Assembly: GCA_046758705.1 (NCBI GenBank)
Contig: JBHIAT010000037.1
Coordinates: forward strand, 1 to 25,032
Source: Candidatus Bipolaricaulia bacterium
GTDB taxonomy: Bacteria; Bipolaricaulota; Bipolaricaulia; JBHIAT01
Reading direction: 5' to 3'
DNA: 25,032 bases
The position numbers and the translations under genes are program-made. Under the pieces are notes generated by a model, which saw nothing but the letters and a program-made list of their open reading frames with translations, was not told the origin of the DNA and did not search any database. Shown one piece after another: positions 16,554 through 25,032 of this stretch; the first letter of the stretch is position 1; the number at the start of each line of letters is the position of its first letter.

Positions 16554-17945
16554 ATGGACCGGATAACGGAGATGAGAACCGGGATAGCTGAAGCGATCTA
16601 CGAACGGATGAACAACCTCACCCCCCGGGAGTTTGCCCAGGAGCTTGACCGTTACATCATCAGCCAGGACGACGCCAAAAAAGCGGTGGCGATCGCCCTG
16701 CGCAACCGGATCCGCAGACAGCGGGTTCAGGGAGAGATTCGCAAGGAGATCCAACCGAAGAACATCCTGATGATCGGCCCGACCGGCGTGGGCAAGACCG
16801 AAATCTCCCGCAGATTGGCCCAGTTGACCTCGTGCCCGTTCCTTAAGGTTGAGGCGACCAAGTTCACCGAGGTCGGCTACGTCGGCCGGGATGTCGACTC
16901 GATGATCCGCGATCTGATCGACATCTCCGTGAACATGGTCTATCAGGAGGAGCTGGAGCGCGTCGAGGACGAGGCGGTCCGTCTGGTCGAGGAACGGATC
17001 CTCGATAGCCTGGTGCCGGCACCGTCGACCTCCAGCCCGGAGCAGGAGGAGCGCGTCAAGCGGACCCGCGAAAAGCTCCGTGCGAAACTCCGCAACGAGG
17101 AACTCGAGGACCGCTACATCGAGATTCAGGTTCAGGAGCGGTCGGTCCCTCAAATCGAGATCTTCTCCCAGGAGGGGATGGACCAGATGGGGATCGATAT
17201 GGGCAACATGCTGGCCGACTTGCTCCCACCGTTCCGCACCACCAAACGGGTCAAGATCCGGGAGGCTCGACCGCTCCTGTTCGATCAGGAAGCGAACCAG
17301 TTGCTCAATCACGAGGAGATCAAGCAGCGGGGGGTAAAGCGGGCGGAGGAGATGGGGATCATCTTCCTGGATGAACTTGACAAGATCGCCGCCGGAGGTC
17401 GCGAGGAGCAAGGGGGTCCCGGCGTCTCGCGCCAGGGCGTGCAACGTGATCTGCTCCCACTTCTGGAGGGTTCGACCGTGCGGACCAAATATGGCAACGT
17501 CAGCACCGAGAACATCCTGTTCATCGCCGCCGGTGCGTTCACCATGTCCAAACCCTCTGACCTGATCCCCGAGCTTCAGGGCCGCCTACCCATCCGAGTG
17601 GAACTCTCCAGCCTCGGGGTCGAGGAGTTCAAGCGGATCCTGACCGAGCCGGAGGACGCGCTGACCAAACAATACCAGGCTCTGTTAGAAACGGAGAACC
17701 TGAGGTTGACGTTTACCGAGGATGCCATCTCAGAGATCACCCAATTCGCTTACGAGCTCAATGAGAACACCGAGGACATCGGTGCCCGCCGACTCCAGAC
17801 GGTTATGGAGAAACTGATGGAGGATATCTCATTCGAGATCGCCGACCTCGAAGTGTCCGAAGAGATCACGATTGACGCCGACTACGTCCGGAAGAAGCTT
17901 GGGGACATCGTCGAGGACCGCGATCTAAGCCGGTATATCCTCTAG
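16554..17945 (+). CDS. hslU: ATP-dependent protease HslVU, ATPase subunit
   Basis: LTPRE, GPTGVGKTE, TKFTEVGYVGRDV, DELDKI, GVQRDLLP, PELQGRLP, GARRL and C-terminal DLSRYIL. Start could be a downstream ATG. Confidence 0.97.
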   Translation: MDRITEMRTGIAEAIYERMNNLTPREFAQELDRYIISQDDAKKAVAIALRNRIRRQRVQGEIRKEIQPKNILMIGPTGVGKTEISRRLAQLTSCPFLKVEATKFTEVGYVGRDVDSMIRDLIDISVNMVYQEELERVEDEAVRLVEERILDSLVPAPSTSSPEQEERVKRTREKLRAKLRNEELEDRYIEIQVQERSVPQIEIFSQEGMDQMGIDMGNMLADLLPPFRTTKRVKIREARPLLFDQEANQLLNHEEIKQRGVKRAEEMGIIFLDELDKIAAGGREEQGGPGVSRQGVQRDLLPLLEGSTVRTKYGNVSTENILFIAAGAFTMSKPSDLIPELQGRLPIRVELSSLGVEEFKRILTEPEDALTKQYQALLETENLRLTFTEDAISEITQFAYELNENTEDIGARRLQTVMEKLMEDISFEIADLEVSEEITIDADYVRKKLGDIVEDRDLSRYIL

Positions 17946-17954
17946 TAACCGGGC

Positions 17955-17983
17955 TTGAAGGCTGAGGTTTAAACCGATATAGT
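17955..17983 (+). promoter_or_regulatory. sigma70-type promoter of thrS
   Basis: TTGAAG, 17 nt, TATAGT. The spacer contains the palindrome GGTTTAAACC (17966-17975). Confidence 0.6.
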
Positions 17984-18026
17984 AAAACGCATTTGGAGTT
18001 ACAATTCTGTGGGTGAGGGGATGCAC

Positions 18027-19946
18027 ATGATCAAGATCGTACTGCCGGATGGACAGGAACGCGAATACGAGCCGGAGGTGCGAATCAAGGAGATCGCCGG
18101 GGAGATCGATCCCGCTCTCGAGGAGTCAGCGGTCGCCGTGCGGCTCAACGGCAAGATCATCGACAACCACACCGGTCTGGAGGAGAACGGCCAGATCAAG
18201 GAGATCATCACCATCGACTCCGAGCCGGCACGGCCCATCTACCGGCACAGCATGGCACATATCTTAGCCCAGGCGGTCAAGCGGCTGTTTCCCGATACCC
18301 AATTGGCGATCGGCCCGGCGATCGAGGATGGCTTCTACTACGACTTCGATGTCGCGACCAGCTTCACACCGGAGGATCTGGAACAAATCAGCAAGGAGAT
18401 GGAAAAGATCATCGCGGCCGACTACCGGTTCGAGCGAATCGAGATGTCGGCTGAGGAGGCCCGCCGATTGCTCGAAGAGATGGGCGAGACCTACAAACTG
18501 GAGATCTTAGAGGATCTGGATGAGAAGCAAGTGAGCTTCTATCGGGACGGTGACTTCATCGATCTTTGTAACGGGCCTCATATCGAGAGTACTGGGCAGA
18601 TCAAACATTTTAAGCTACTTGAGACCGCCGGCGCTTACTGGCGGGGCGACGAACGTAACCCGATGCTGCAGCGGATTTACGGGACCGCCTTCTACGAAGC
18701 GGAGGAGCTGGAGGCTTATCTGGAAGGGCTCCGCGAGTCCAGGGAGCGCGACCACCGAAAGCTCGGTAAAGAGCTGGATCTGTTCAGCCTCATCGAAGCG
18801 GGGCCCGGGATGCCGCTGTTCCACCCCAACGGGGCGATGATTCTCGAAGTTCTTAAGACGTTCATACGCGAACAGAACCTGAAGCGGGGCTACCGGCCGG
18901 TCGTCACCCCCCATCTGTTCAAATCGAGCATCTGGAAGACCTCAGGCCACGAGGAGAACTTCCGAGAGAAGATGTTCTTCACCAAGATCGAGAACCAGGA
19001 GTACGGGATCAAGCCGATGAACTGTCCGGGCCACATTATGATTTACCAATCGCAGCAGCACAGCTATCGAGATCTGCCGATCCGCTACTTCGAGTTCGGC
19101 ACCGTCTACCGCAGCGAACGATCCGGCGTGCTCCACGGGCTGCTGCGGGTGCGCAGCATCACTCAAGACGATGCCCACATCTTCTGCAGCCGCGATCAGA
19201 CTGAGGATGAGCTTGTCAACGTCCTGAACTTCGCGCTGGATATGTTTGCCACCTTCGGCTTCCAGAGCTACCAGATCTACGTCTCCACCCGTCCTGAGGA
19301 GAAGTATGCCGGGGATCCAGAGGACTGGGATTGGGCGACCGAGATCCTGAAGCGGGCGGTGGAACGGGAGGGCCTGGACTATCGGATCAAGGAAGGGGAG
19401 GGAGCGTTCTACGGTCCCAAGATCGACATCGACGTCCAAGACGCGCTGGGCCGCCCATGGCAGCTCACCACCATCCAGTACGATTTTAACATGCCTGAGC
19501 GGTTCGACCTCCACTTCCGCAACGCCGAGGGTCAGAAGGAACGGCCGATCATGATCCATCGGGCGGTCATCGGTGCACTGGAGCGGTTCCTGGGCATCCT
19601 GATTGAGCACTACAAAGGGGCGTTCCCGGTCTGGCTCGCCCCGGTCCAGACAGTGGTGCTCCCGATCACCGACCGCAATGACGCCTACGCAGAACGAGTC
19701 GCCGAGGAGCTCGCCACCGAGGGGGTGCGGGTCGAGGCGTGGACCAAGCGAAGCGCGAACCTGAGTTACAAGATTCGCCAAGCCCAGCTCCAGAAGATCC
19801 CCTACATGCTCATCGTCGGCGATCGGGAACAGGAGAGCGATCAGGTGGCGTTGCGGTTGCGCACCGAAGCGGACCTCGGTCCCAGGCCCCTGGAAGCGTT
19901 CAAGACGTTCATCCGAGAGAAGATCGAGGCCCAGGAGACGCTGTGA
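18027..19946 (+). CDS. thrS: threonine--tRNA ligase
   Basis: TGS domain (IVLPDG), editing motifs HSMAH and DLCNGPH, RDHRKLGKELDLF, KPMNCPGH, GEGAFYGPKID, IHRA. Start set at ATG 18027 behind GAGGGG. Confidence 0.97.
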   Translation: MIKIVLPDGQEREYEPEVRIKEIAGEIDPALEESAVAVRLNGKIIDNHTGLEENGQIKEIITIDSEPARPIYRHSMAHILAQAVKRLFPDTQLAIGPAIEDGFYYDFDVATSFTPEDLEQISKEMEKIIAADYRFERIEMSAEEARRLLEEMGETYKLEILEDLDEKQVSFYRDGDFIDLCNGPHIESTGQIKHFKLLETAGAYWRGDERNPMLQRIYGTAFYEAEELEAYLEGLRESRERDHRKLGKELDLFSLIEAGPGMPLFHPNGAMILEVLKTFIREQNLKRGYRPVVTPHLFKSSIWKTSGHEENFREKMFFTKIENQEYGIKPMNCPGHIMIYQSQQHSYRDLPIRYFEFGTVYRSERSGVLHGLLRVRSITQDDAHIFCSRDQTEDELVNVLNFALDMFATFGFQSYQIYVSTRPEEKYAGDPEDWDWATEILKRAVEREGLDYRIKEGEGAFYGPKIDIDVQDALGRPWQLTTIQYDFNMPERFDLHFRNAEGQKERPIMIHRAVIGALERFLGILIEHYKGAFPVWLAPVQTVVLPITDRNDAYAERVAEELATEGVRVEAWTKRSANLSYKIRQAQLQKIPYMLIVGDREQESDQVALRLRTEADLGPRPLEAFKTFIREKIEAQETL

Positions 19947-21781
19947 TGTCCTCCCCCCTTCGTGAAATATCAGCCCTGAAGGCCAAGATGACAAAGATAA
20001 CAATGGATGCCCTGCCGACCTGGGATCTGTCGGATTTATACGTCGGGGTGGACGACCCCAAGCTTGACGAAGACCTCACCGCCGTCAAAGCGCGGGCAGC
20101 GGACTTTGAAAAGAACTACAAGGGCACGATCGCAACCGAGGGGCTGACTGCCGAGCACTTGCGGGCGGTGTTGGACGAATATGAGGCGCTGTCACGCGCT
20201 GAGTACAAGCCGCTGGAGTTCGCGTCGCTGTTGTTCACGACGGACACTCAAGACCCCAAGCGTGGGGCGTTGCTCCAGAAGACCCGTGAGGTGGGCAGCG
20301 CCATTGCGACACACCTGGTCTTCTTTGAGTTAGAGATCGGCAAGATCCCACAGGACACCTACGATGCCCTCATCGAGGGCGAAGCGTTAGCACCATACCG
20401 CCATTATCTCGATTATCAGCGCGCGCTGGCGACGCATCACCTCTCCGAACCCGAAGAGAAGGTCCTGATGAAGACCGTGAACGTACGCGGGCACGCGTTT
20501 GTGCGCCTGTTTACCGAAATCAATGCCCGCAACAAGTTTCGACTGGAGCGAGATGGTAAGGTGCAGGAGCTGACCCAGAGCGAAATCCTCGCGTTGCTCT
20601 ACGACCCCGATCGTGAGGTGCGCAAAGCAGCAGCAACGTCATTCACCGAAGTACTCCAAGGCAACGCGCACGTGTGCACGTTCATCTACAACACGCTGCT
20701 TCACGAGAAGGACGTGCTGGACCGGCTGCGCGGCTACGACACTCCTGAAGCAGCACGACACCTCAACAACGAACTGACCGAGGAGATCATCAACACGATG
20801 TCGGACGTGTGCGTGGCTAACTACGACATCGTCGCGAACTACTACCATCTTAAGCGTCGGTTGCTCGGCTTGGACGAGTTGACTCACTACGACCGCTACG
20901 CACCCATCACCAGCGATCGAACGAAGATCTCATTCGATGAGGCCAAGACGATGGTGTTGGATGCCTTCGCTGGCTTCTCGCCGTACCTGGCCGAGATCAC
21001 CGAACCGTTCTTCAGCAAGCGTTGGATTGACGCGGCACCGGCGGAGGGCAAGCAAGGCGGTGCGTATTGCACCGGTATCACGCCTGACCTGCATCCTTAC
21101 GTCTTTATGAACTACACGGGCAATCCGCGCGACGTGATGACCCTGGCACACGAGTTGGGGCACGGCATCCACGATGTGCTCGCCAGCAAGAATCACTTGC
21201 TCGACTATCACCCTGTCTTTCCGATGGCGGAAACGGCGAGCACGTTCGGGGAAATGTTAGTGTTCGACAAATTGCAGGAGAGTCTGAGCGCTTCGCAGGA
21301 GAAGCTGGCCTTGCTGTGTAACAAGATCGAAGACGTCCTCGCCACCGTGTTTCGACAGATTGCGATATATCGCTTCGAGCAGCGAGTGCATCGCGCGCGG
21401 CGCGAACAGGGTGAGTTGCCCACTGAAGTCTTTAACGAACTCTGGCAGACGACGATGCAAGAGATGTTCACAGATGCGCTCGTGCTGGGTGATACCCATG
21501 CGTGGTGGTGGCTCTACATCTCGCACATCATCCAATATCCGTTCTATGTCTATGCCTATGTGTTCGGAGAACTGTTGGTGCTGGCGCTCTACATGCGATA
21601 CAAGCGCGAGGGAGAGGCGTTTGTGAACAAGTATTTTGATCTGCTGGCAGCTGCCGGGTCGAAATCACCGGCGGAACTGGTCGGCGCGATGGGGTTTGAC
21701 ATCGCTAATCCGGCCTTCTGGCAGGACGGGTGCGCGCTGATTCGGGAACTCGTAGCCCAGGCAGAGGCGTTGGCAGACTGA
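19946..21781 (+). CDS. pepF: M3B family oligoendopeptidase F
   Basis: PTWDLSDLY, WID...GKQGGAY, TLAHELGHGIH (HExxH), AETASTFGE and FYVYAY. Start is 19946 (TGATG overlap with thrS), 19988 or 20003. Confidence 0.92.
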   Translation: MSSPLREISALKAKMTKITMDALPTWDLSDLYVGVDDPKLDEDLTAVKARAADFEKNYKGTIATEGLTAEHLRAVLDEYEALSRAEYKPLEFASLLFTTDTQDPKRGALLQKTREVGSAIATHLVFFELEIGKIPQDTYDALIEGEALAPYRHYLDYQRALATHHLSEPEEKVLMKTVNVRGHAFVRLFTEINARNKFRLERDGKVQELTQSEILALLYDPDREVRKAAATSFTEVLQGNAHVCTFIYNTLLHEKDVLDRLRGYDTPEAARHLNNELTEEIINTMSDVCVANYDIVANYYHLKRRLLGLDELTHYDRYAPITSDRTKISFDEAKTMVLDAFAGFSPYLAEITEPFFSKRWIDAAPAEGKQGGAYCTGITPDLHPYVFMNYTGNPRDVMTLAHELGHGIHDVLASKNHLLDYHPVFPMAETASTFGEMLVFDKLQESLSASQEKLALLCNKIEDVLATVFRQIAIYRFEQRVHRARREQGELPTEVFNELWQTTMQEMFTDALVLGDTHAWWWLYISHIIQYPFYVYAYVFGELLVLALYMRYKREGEAFVNKYFDLLAAAGSKSPAELVGAMGFDIANPAFWQDGCALIRELVAQAEALAD

Positions 21782-21801
21782 GCTGGAAAGGAGATGATAA
21801 C

Positions 21802-23046
21802 TTGGCAGCGGTTGCATTCCACACCCATCGTTTCGAGAACGGGATCACGCTGGTCGGGGAACGGAACCCGAATCTGAACTCGGTCGCGTTCACGATCCTC
21901 GTACCAACGGGTGCCGCCACCGACCCCGAGGGTCGCAAGGGATCAGCGGCAGTGCTCCAGGAATACCTGTTCCGAGGGGCAGGGTCCTACAACGCCCGAA
22001 AGCTAGCCCAAAAGCTCGATAAACTGGGTGTCCAGCGGGGCCAGACAGTCACGGCAGAGCTCAGCACCTTCTCAGCCGGGCTTCTGGGTGAGAATCTGGT
22101 GGAGGCCCTGCGCTTTTACGCGACTCTGCTTATCGCTCCTACATTTCCGGAGGAGGAGCTAGAGGAGCTGCGCCAGCTTGCCCTGCAACGGTTGAAGGCA
22201 TTGGAGGATTCTCCCCAGGAGAAGCTACTCCAAGAACTCAAACTCAGATTCTTTCCAACACCCTTGGGAAACCCGGTGCACGGGCTCCAAGCCGATCTGG
22301 AAGCACTCTCCTATGAAGAGATCCGAGCCGATTATAAGCGCCGATACGGATCCGAAGGGATGATCATCACGCTCGCCGGCAACTTCGATCCGAAACAGGC
22401 CGAGGCGGCCATTGCCTCAGCCTTCGCTGAGTTTGGAGGCAAGGTGGAGGAGTTGCCACCGTTGTCGCCCCAAGCGAAGCAGGTGATGCACATTGAAAAA
22501 GAGACAAACCAGATGCAGATTGGAATCGCCTTCGACAGCGTCCCGTTCGCCGACGACGCCTACTTTCAGGCCCGCATCGGTCTGAATGCGCTCTCCGGTG
22601 GGATGAGCAGCCGATTGTTCACCGAAGTCCGCGAAAAGCGTGGGTTGGCCTACGCCGTCGGGGCAAGTCATGTGACGACCCGGACGTTCGGTGGGGTGCT
22701 ATGCTATGCGGGGACGACAACGGAGCGATCCCAGGAGACCTTGGATGTCACGTTGGCCGAGCTCTTTCGACTGCGGGAAGGCATCGACTGGGAGGAGTTC
22801 GAGCGGGCGAAGGTGCGATTGAAGTCGAGCTTCATCACCCAAGGAGAATCCTCCCCGGCCCGATCCCGGGCAATTGCGACCGAGTGGTTCCACACGGGGC
22901 GGGTTCGGACGGTGGAAGAGATGATCGCAACTGTCGATGCGTTGACCCTGGAGCAGACCAACGAGCACTTGGTCCAGTATGGACCGGATGCCATCGATCA
23001 ATTCACCATCTTCACCATGGGGGCGAAACCGCTGGAGGTGCGCTGA
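21802..23046 (+). CDS. M16B peptidase, non-catalytic subunit
   Basis: M16 fold signatures, but HxxEH is replaced by AVLQE. Retains GGMSSRLFTEVREKRGLAY. TTG start behind AAAGGAGA. Confidence 0.88.
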   Translation: MAAVAFHTHRFENGITLVGERNPNLNSVAFTILVPTGAATDPEGRKGSAAVLQEYLFRGAGSYNARKLAQKLDKLGVQRGQTVTAELSTFSAGLLGENLVEALRFYATLLIAPTFPEEELEELRQLALQRLKALEDSPQEKLLQELKLRFFPTPLGNPVHGLQADLEALSYEEIRADYKRRYGSEGMIITLAGNFDPKQAEAAIASAFAEFGGKVEELPPLSPQAKQVMHIEKETNQMQIGIAFDSVPFADDAYFQARIGLNALSGGMSSRLFTEVREKRGLAYAVGASHVTTRTFGGVLCYAGTTTERSQETLDVTLAELFRLREGIDWEEFERAKVRLKSSFITQGESSPARSRAIATEWFHTGRVRTVEEMIATVDALTLEQTNEHLVQYGPDAIDQFTIFTMGAKPLEVR

Positions 23047-24269
23047 TGGAATTCTTTGAAGAGCGTCTTCCCAACGGACTGCGTATCATCGGTGAGATCC
23101 ATCCAGAGATGGAGTCCGTTGCCGTGGGGTTCTTTGTCAGGACGGGAAGTCGGGATGAGAAACCGTCGCTCTCCGGGGTCTCCCACTTCCTTGAACACAT
23201 GGCATTCAAGGGAACCGGGCGCCGCAATGCTGCGGAGATCAACCTGGAGTTCGACGGGATGGGCGCTGAGTACAACGCGTTCACCGGGTATGAGTACACC
23301 GTCTACTATGCCCGGGTTCTTCCCGAATTTCTGGATCGGGTGCTCGATCTGCTCGCCGACATGATGCGGCCCGCATTACGTCGTGACGATTTCGATGTGG
23401 AGAAGCAGGTCATCCGGGAGGAGATTGCCCTCTACAAAGATCGTCCCCGCCAAGACCTCTACATGGAGGCACTCAAGCTGTACTTCGGTCCGCATCCGCT
23501 GGGCAACCTGATTTTGGGAACGCCGGAGACGATCCAGGCACTCACCCACGAACAGATGCGCCGGTACTTCCAGGAGTGCTACTCCCCGACCAACATGATC
23601 CTGGGATGTGTAGGAAAGTTCGATTGGGATCAGTTTCTCCATCTGAGCGAGGCTCTCTGCAACGAGTGGGAACCGTCCGAAGCCGATCGCCGCTACCCCG
23701 ACCGCTCACAGACTCAGGGGAAACGAATCCTGCACCGGCCACACGTCAATCGCCAGAACATCGCGTTGCTCAGCGACGGTCCCGCCTATCAGAGCGAGGT
23801 TCGAGAGGCCGCCGGACTGTTCGCCGCGATCATCGGGGGTGGAGAGAACTCACGTCTTCATTGGGCGTTGGTCGATACCGGCCTGACCGACCGCGCGATA
23901 ACGACCTATCAACCCTTCGATCGGACCGGGCTTTTCTACACCTATATCAGTTGCGAACCCGATCGGACCGCAAACGTTCTGGAGATCGTAACCCAGGTGT
24001 TGGCCAAGGCAGCGACGGAGACTCCGGAGGAAGAGCTTCGCGGGGTGAAGCGTCGCGCCATGACCGGGACGGTGATAGGGGAGGAAACATCGCGGGGGCG
24101 ACTGTTCTCGATCGGGATGGATCTGCTTTACGGGATTCCCTACCGCTCCACCGAACAGGAGATCGAGGCGATCGAGCGGCACACGGTTCAGGATCTGCGC
24201 TCGTTGGCTGAACGCTATCCGGTGGCCGAGCCGATGGTCGTGATGCTCGGCCCTCAGGAGAGTGTGTAA
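23046..24269 (+). CDS. M16B peptidase, catalytic subunit
   Basis: GSRDE, SHFLEHMAFKGT (HxxEH), NAFT and EKQVIREE. ATG overlaps the upstream TGA. Confidence 0.92.
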   Translation: MEFFEERLPNGLRIIGEIHPEMESVAVGFFVRTGSRDEKPSLSGVSHFLEHMAFKGTGRRNAAEINLEFDGMGAEYNAFTGYEYTVYYARVLPEFLDRVLDLLADMMRPALRRDDFDVEKQVIREEIALYKDRPRQDLYMEALKLYFGPHPLGNLILGTPETIQALTHEQMRRYFQECYSPTNMILGCVGKFDWDQFLHLSEALCNEWEPSEADRRYPDRSQTQGKRILHRPHVNRQNIALLSDGPAYQSEVREAAGLFAAIIGGGENSRLHWALVDTGLTDRAITTYQPFDRTGLFYTYISCEPDRTANVLEIVTQVLAKAATETPEEELRGVKRRAMTGTVIGEETSRGRLFSIGMDLLYGIPYRSTEQEIEAIERHTVQDLRSLAERYPVAEPMVVMLGPQESV

Positions 24270-24286
24270 CCAAGGGGCCTCTCTCC

Positions 24287-24757
24287 TCAGATGATTCCTC
24301 TGTGCTGCAACGCAACGAGCAGCAGATCTAGTAGGCGGATGAGCTCGCGCTGGTCGGCTTCGGATAGATCGTCGAACAGCTCTGCCACAGCTGTGACATA
24401 ATGGGTGTATATGTGGGTGCAGGCCTCGGTACCTTGAGGGGTCAACTCGATCAAGGTGGCCCGCCGGTCGGTGGGGTGGGGGCGGCGTCTTACCAGACCT
24501 TCATCTTCTAGGCCATCAACAAGTGCAGTGACGTTGCGCGGGGTCACGCAGAGCTCGTCGCTGAGATCGCTCATGATCTGAGGATTGTTGTCTTGCAACA
24601 CGGCCAGCAACCGCATGCGGGCGTGGGTGATGCCGCTGTCTTGCATCCGTGAATGCATCCATCTCCAGTGGGCCGGACCGAAGCGCTCGAACCGCTCCAC
24701 GAGTCGTAAACGCAGGTCCTCAGCCTCAGCTCTCGGCTCTGAATTCGCTGTTGACAT
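24287..24757 (-). CDS. MarR family transcriptional regulator
   Basis: ITHARMRLL...VTPRNVTALVDGLEDEGLVRRRPHPTDRRATLIELTPQG; AAGGAGG SD. Confidence 0.93.
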   Translation of the reverse strand: MSTANSEPRAEAEDLRLRLVERFERFGPAHWRWMHSRMQDSGITHARMRLLAVLQDNNPQIMSDLSDELCVTPRNVTALVDGLEDEGLVRRRPHPTDRRATLIELTPQGTEACTHIYTHYVTAVAELFDDLSEADQRELIRLLDLLLVALQHRGII

Positions 24758-24798
24758 GCACTTCCCTCCTTGATGCCTTGATTAACCTTGATCAGATC

Positions 24799-24846
24799 TT
24801 GATATTCACTATTTCATATGTTAACATATAAAATGATAATATGCAA
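24799..24846. promoter_or_regulatory. overlapping divergent promoters sharing the palindrome ATATGTTAACATAT (candidate MarR operator)
   Basis: Plus strand: TTGATA (24799-24804), 17 nt, TAACAT (24822-24827). Minus strand: TTGCAT (24846-24841), 17 nt, TAACAT (24823-24818). Palindrome at 24816-24829. Confidence 0.6.
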
Positions 24847-24874
24847 TGGTTCACCATATAAGGGGTCAATATAC

Positions 24875-25032
24875 ATGACTCTATATTATACTGATGCATC
24901 GGAAAAATCCAAGGTGGCTGAACTGGAACTGGAGCAAGAGGAACAGATAGCCGGTTGGTCGGAGGAACAGGAATATACGGAATTGGAGGCCGAGATGTTG
25001 GAGGAGCGGACCCGGGATCCCGTTAAACTTTA
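24875..25032 (+). CDS. sigma-70 family factor (RpoD/RpoS-like), 5' part (runs off window)
   Basis: Not in the ORF track. MTLYYTDASEKSKVAELELEQEEQIAGWSEEQEYTELEAEMLEERTRDPVKL has an acidic N-terminus, then DPVKL and a truncated TA codon consistent with Tyr, i.e. the start of region 1.2. AAGGGG SD. Confidence 0.7.
   Translation, partial: MTLYYTDASEKSKVAELELEQEEQIAGWSEEQEYTELEAEMLEERTRDPVKL

Noticed and set aside
17946-18026. T-box riboswitch upstream of thrS
   Set aside because: Only about 80 nt are available, with no T-box sequence or terminator.
19739-19945. Long N-terminal extensions of pepF (from 19739) and of the M16 ORFs (from 21730 and 22701)
   Set aside because: They overlap upstream genes; SD or stop-start coupling supports 19946 or later, 21802 and 23046.
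1-25032. CRISPR arrays, tRNA/rRNA genes, transposases and integrases
   Set aside because: No regularly spaced repeats, cloverleaf patterns or recombinase ORFs were seen; intergenic gaps are all under about 430 nt.

Overview
Bacterial chromosomal window of roughly 60% GC, rich in GATC, with mostly housekeeping genes and a few accessory patches. Taxonomy cannot be fixed from sequence alone. On the minus strand at left is a probable operon gpsA - gcvT - GAF/fRMsr-like - 382-aa unknown, followed by the N-terminus of a SigB/F/G-type sigma factor that runs off the window. Next come a 598-aa exported, C-terminally anchored alpha/alpha-toroid-like protein, a GTAG-type REP palindrome, a small NIPSNAP/ABM-like protein, a probable beta-barrel outer-membrane protein and a K+-dependent membrane pyrophosphatase (hppA). 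The plus strand then carries gltB with no adjacent gltD, behind a long structured leader containing a uORF. A minus-strand vapBC module is flanked by 11-6-11 dif-like sites. It is followed by hslV-hslU, thrS, an M3B oligoendopeptidase and a complementary pair of M16 peptidases. The window ends with marR, divergent from a sigma-70 factor that runs off the right end. Best leads: (1) a candidate Xer/dif-type cassette carrying vapBC; (2) a switch-like gltB leader; (3) a marR/sigma bidirectional promoter built on one palindrome; (4) the uncharacterised 598-aa surface protein; (5) a PPase with 3 of the 4 Na+,H+-PPase signature residues.
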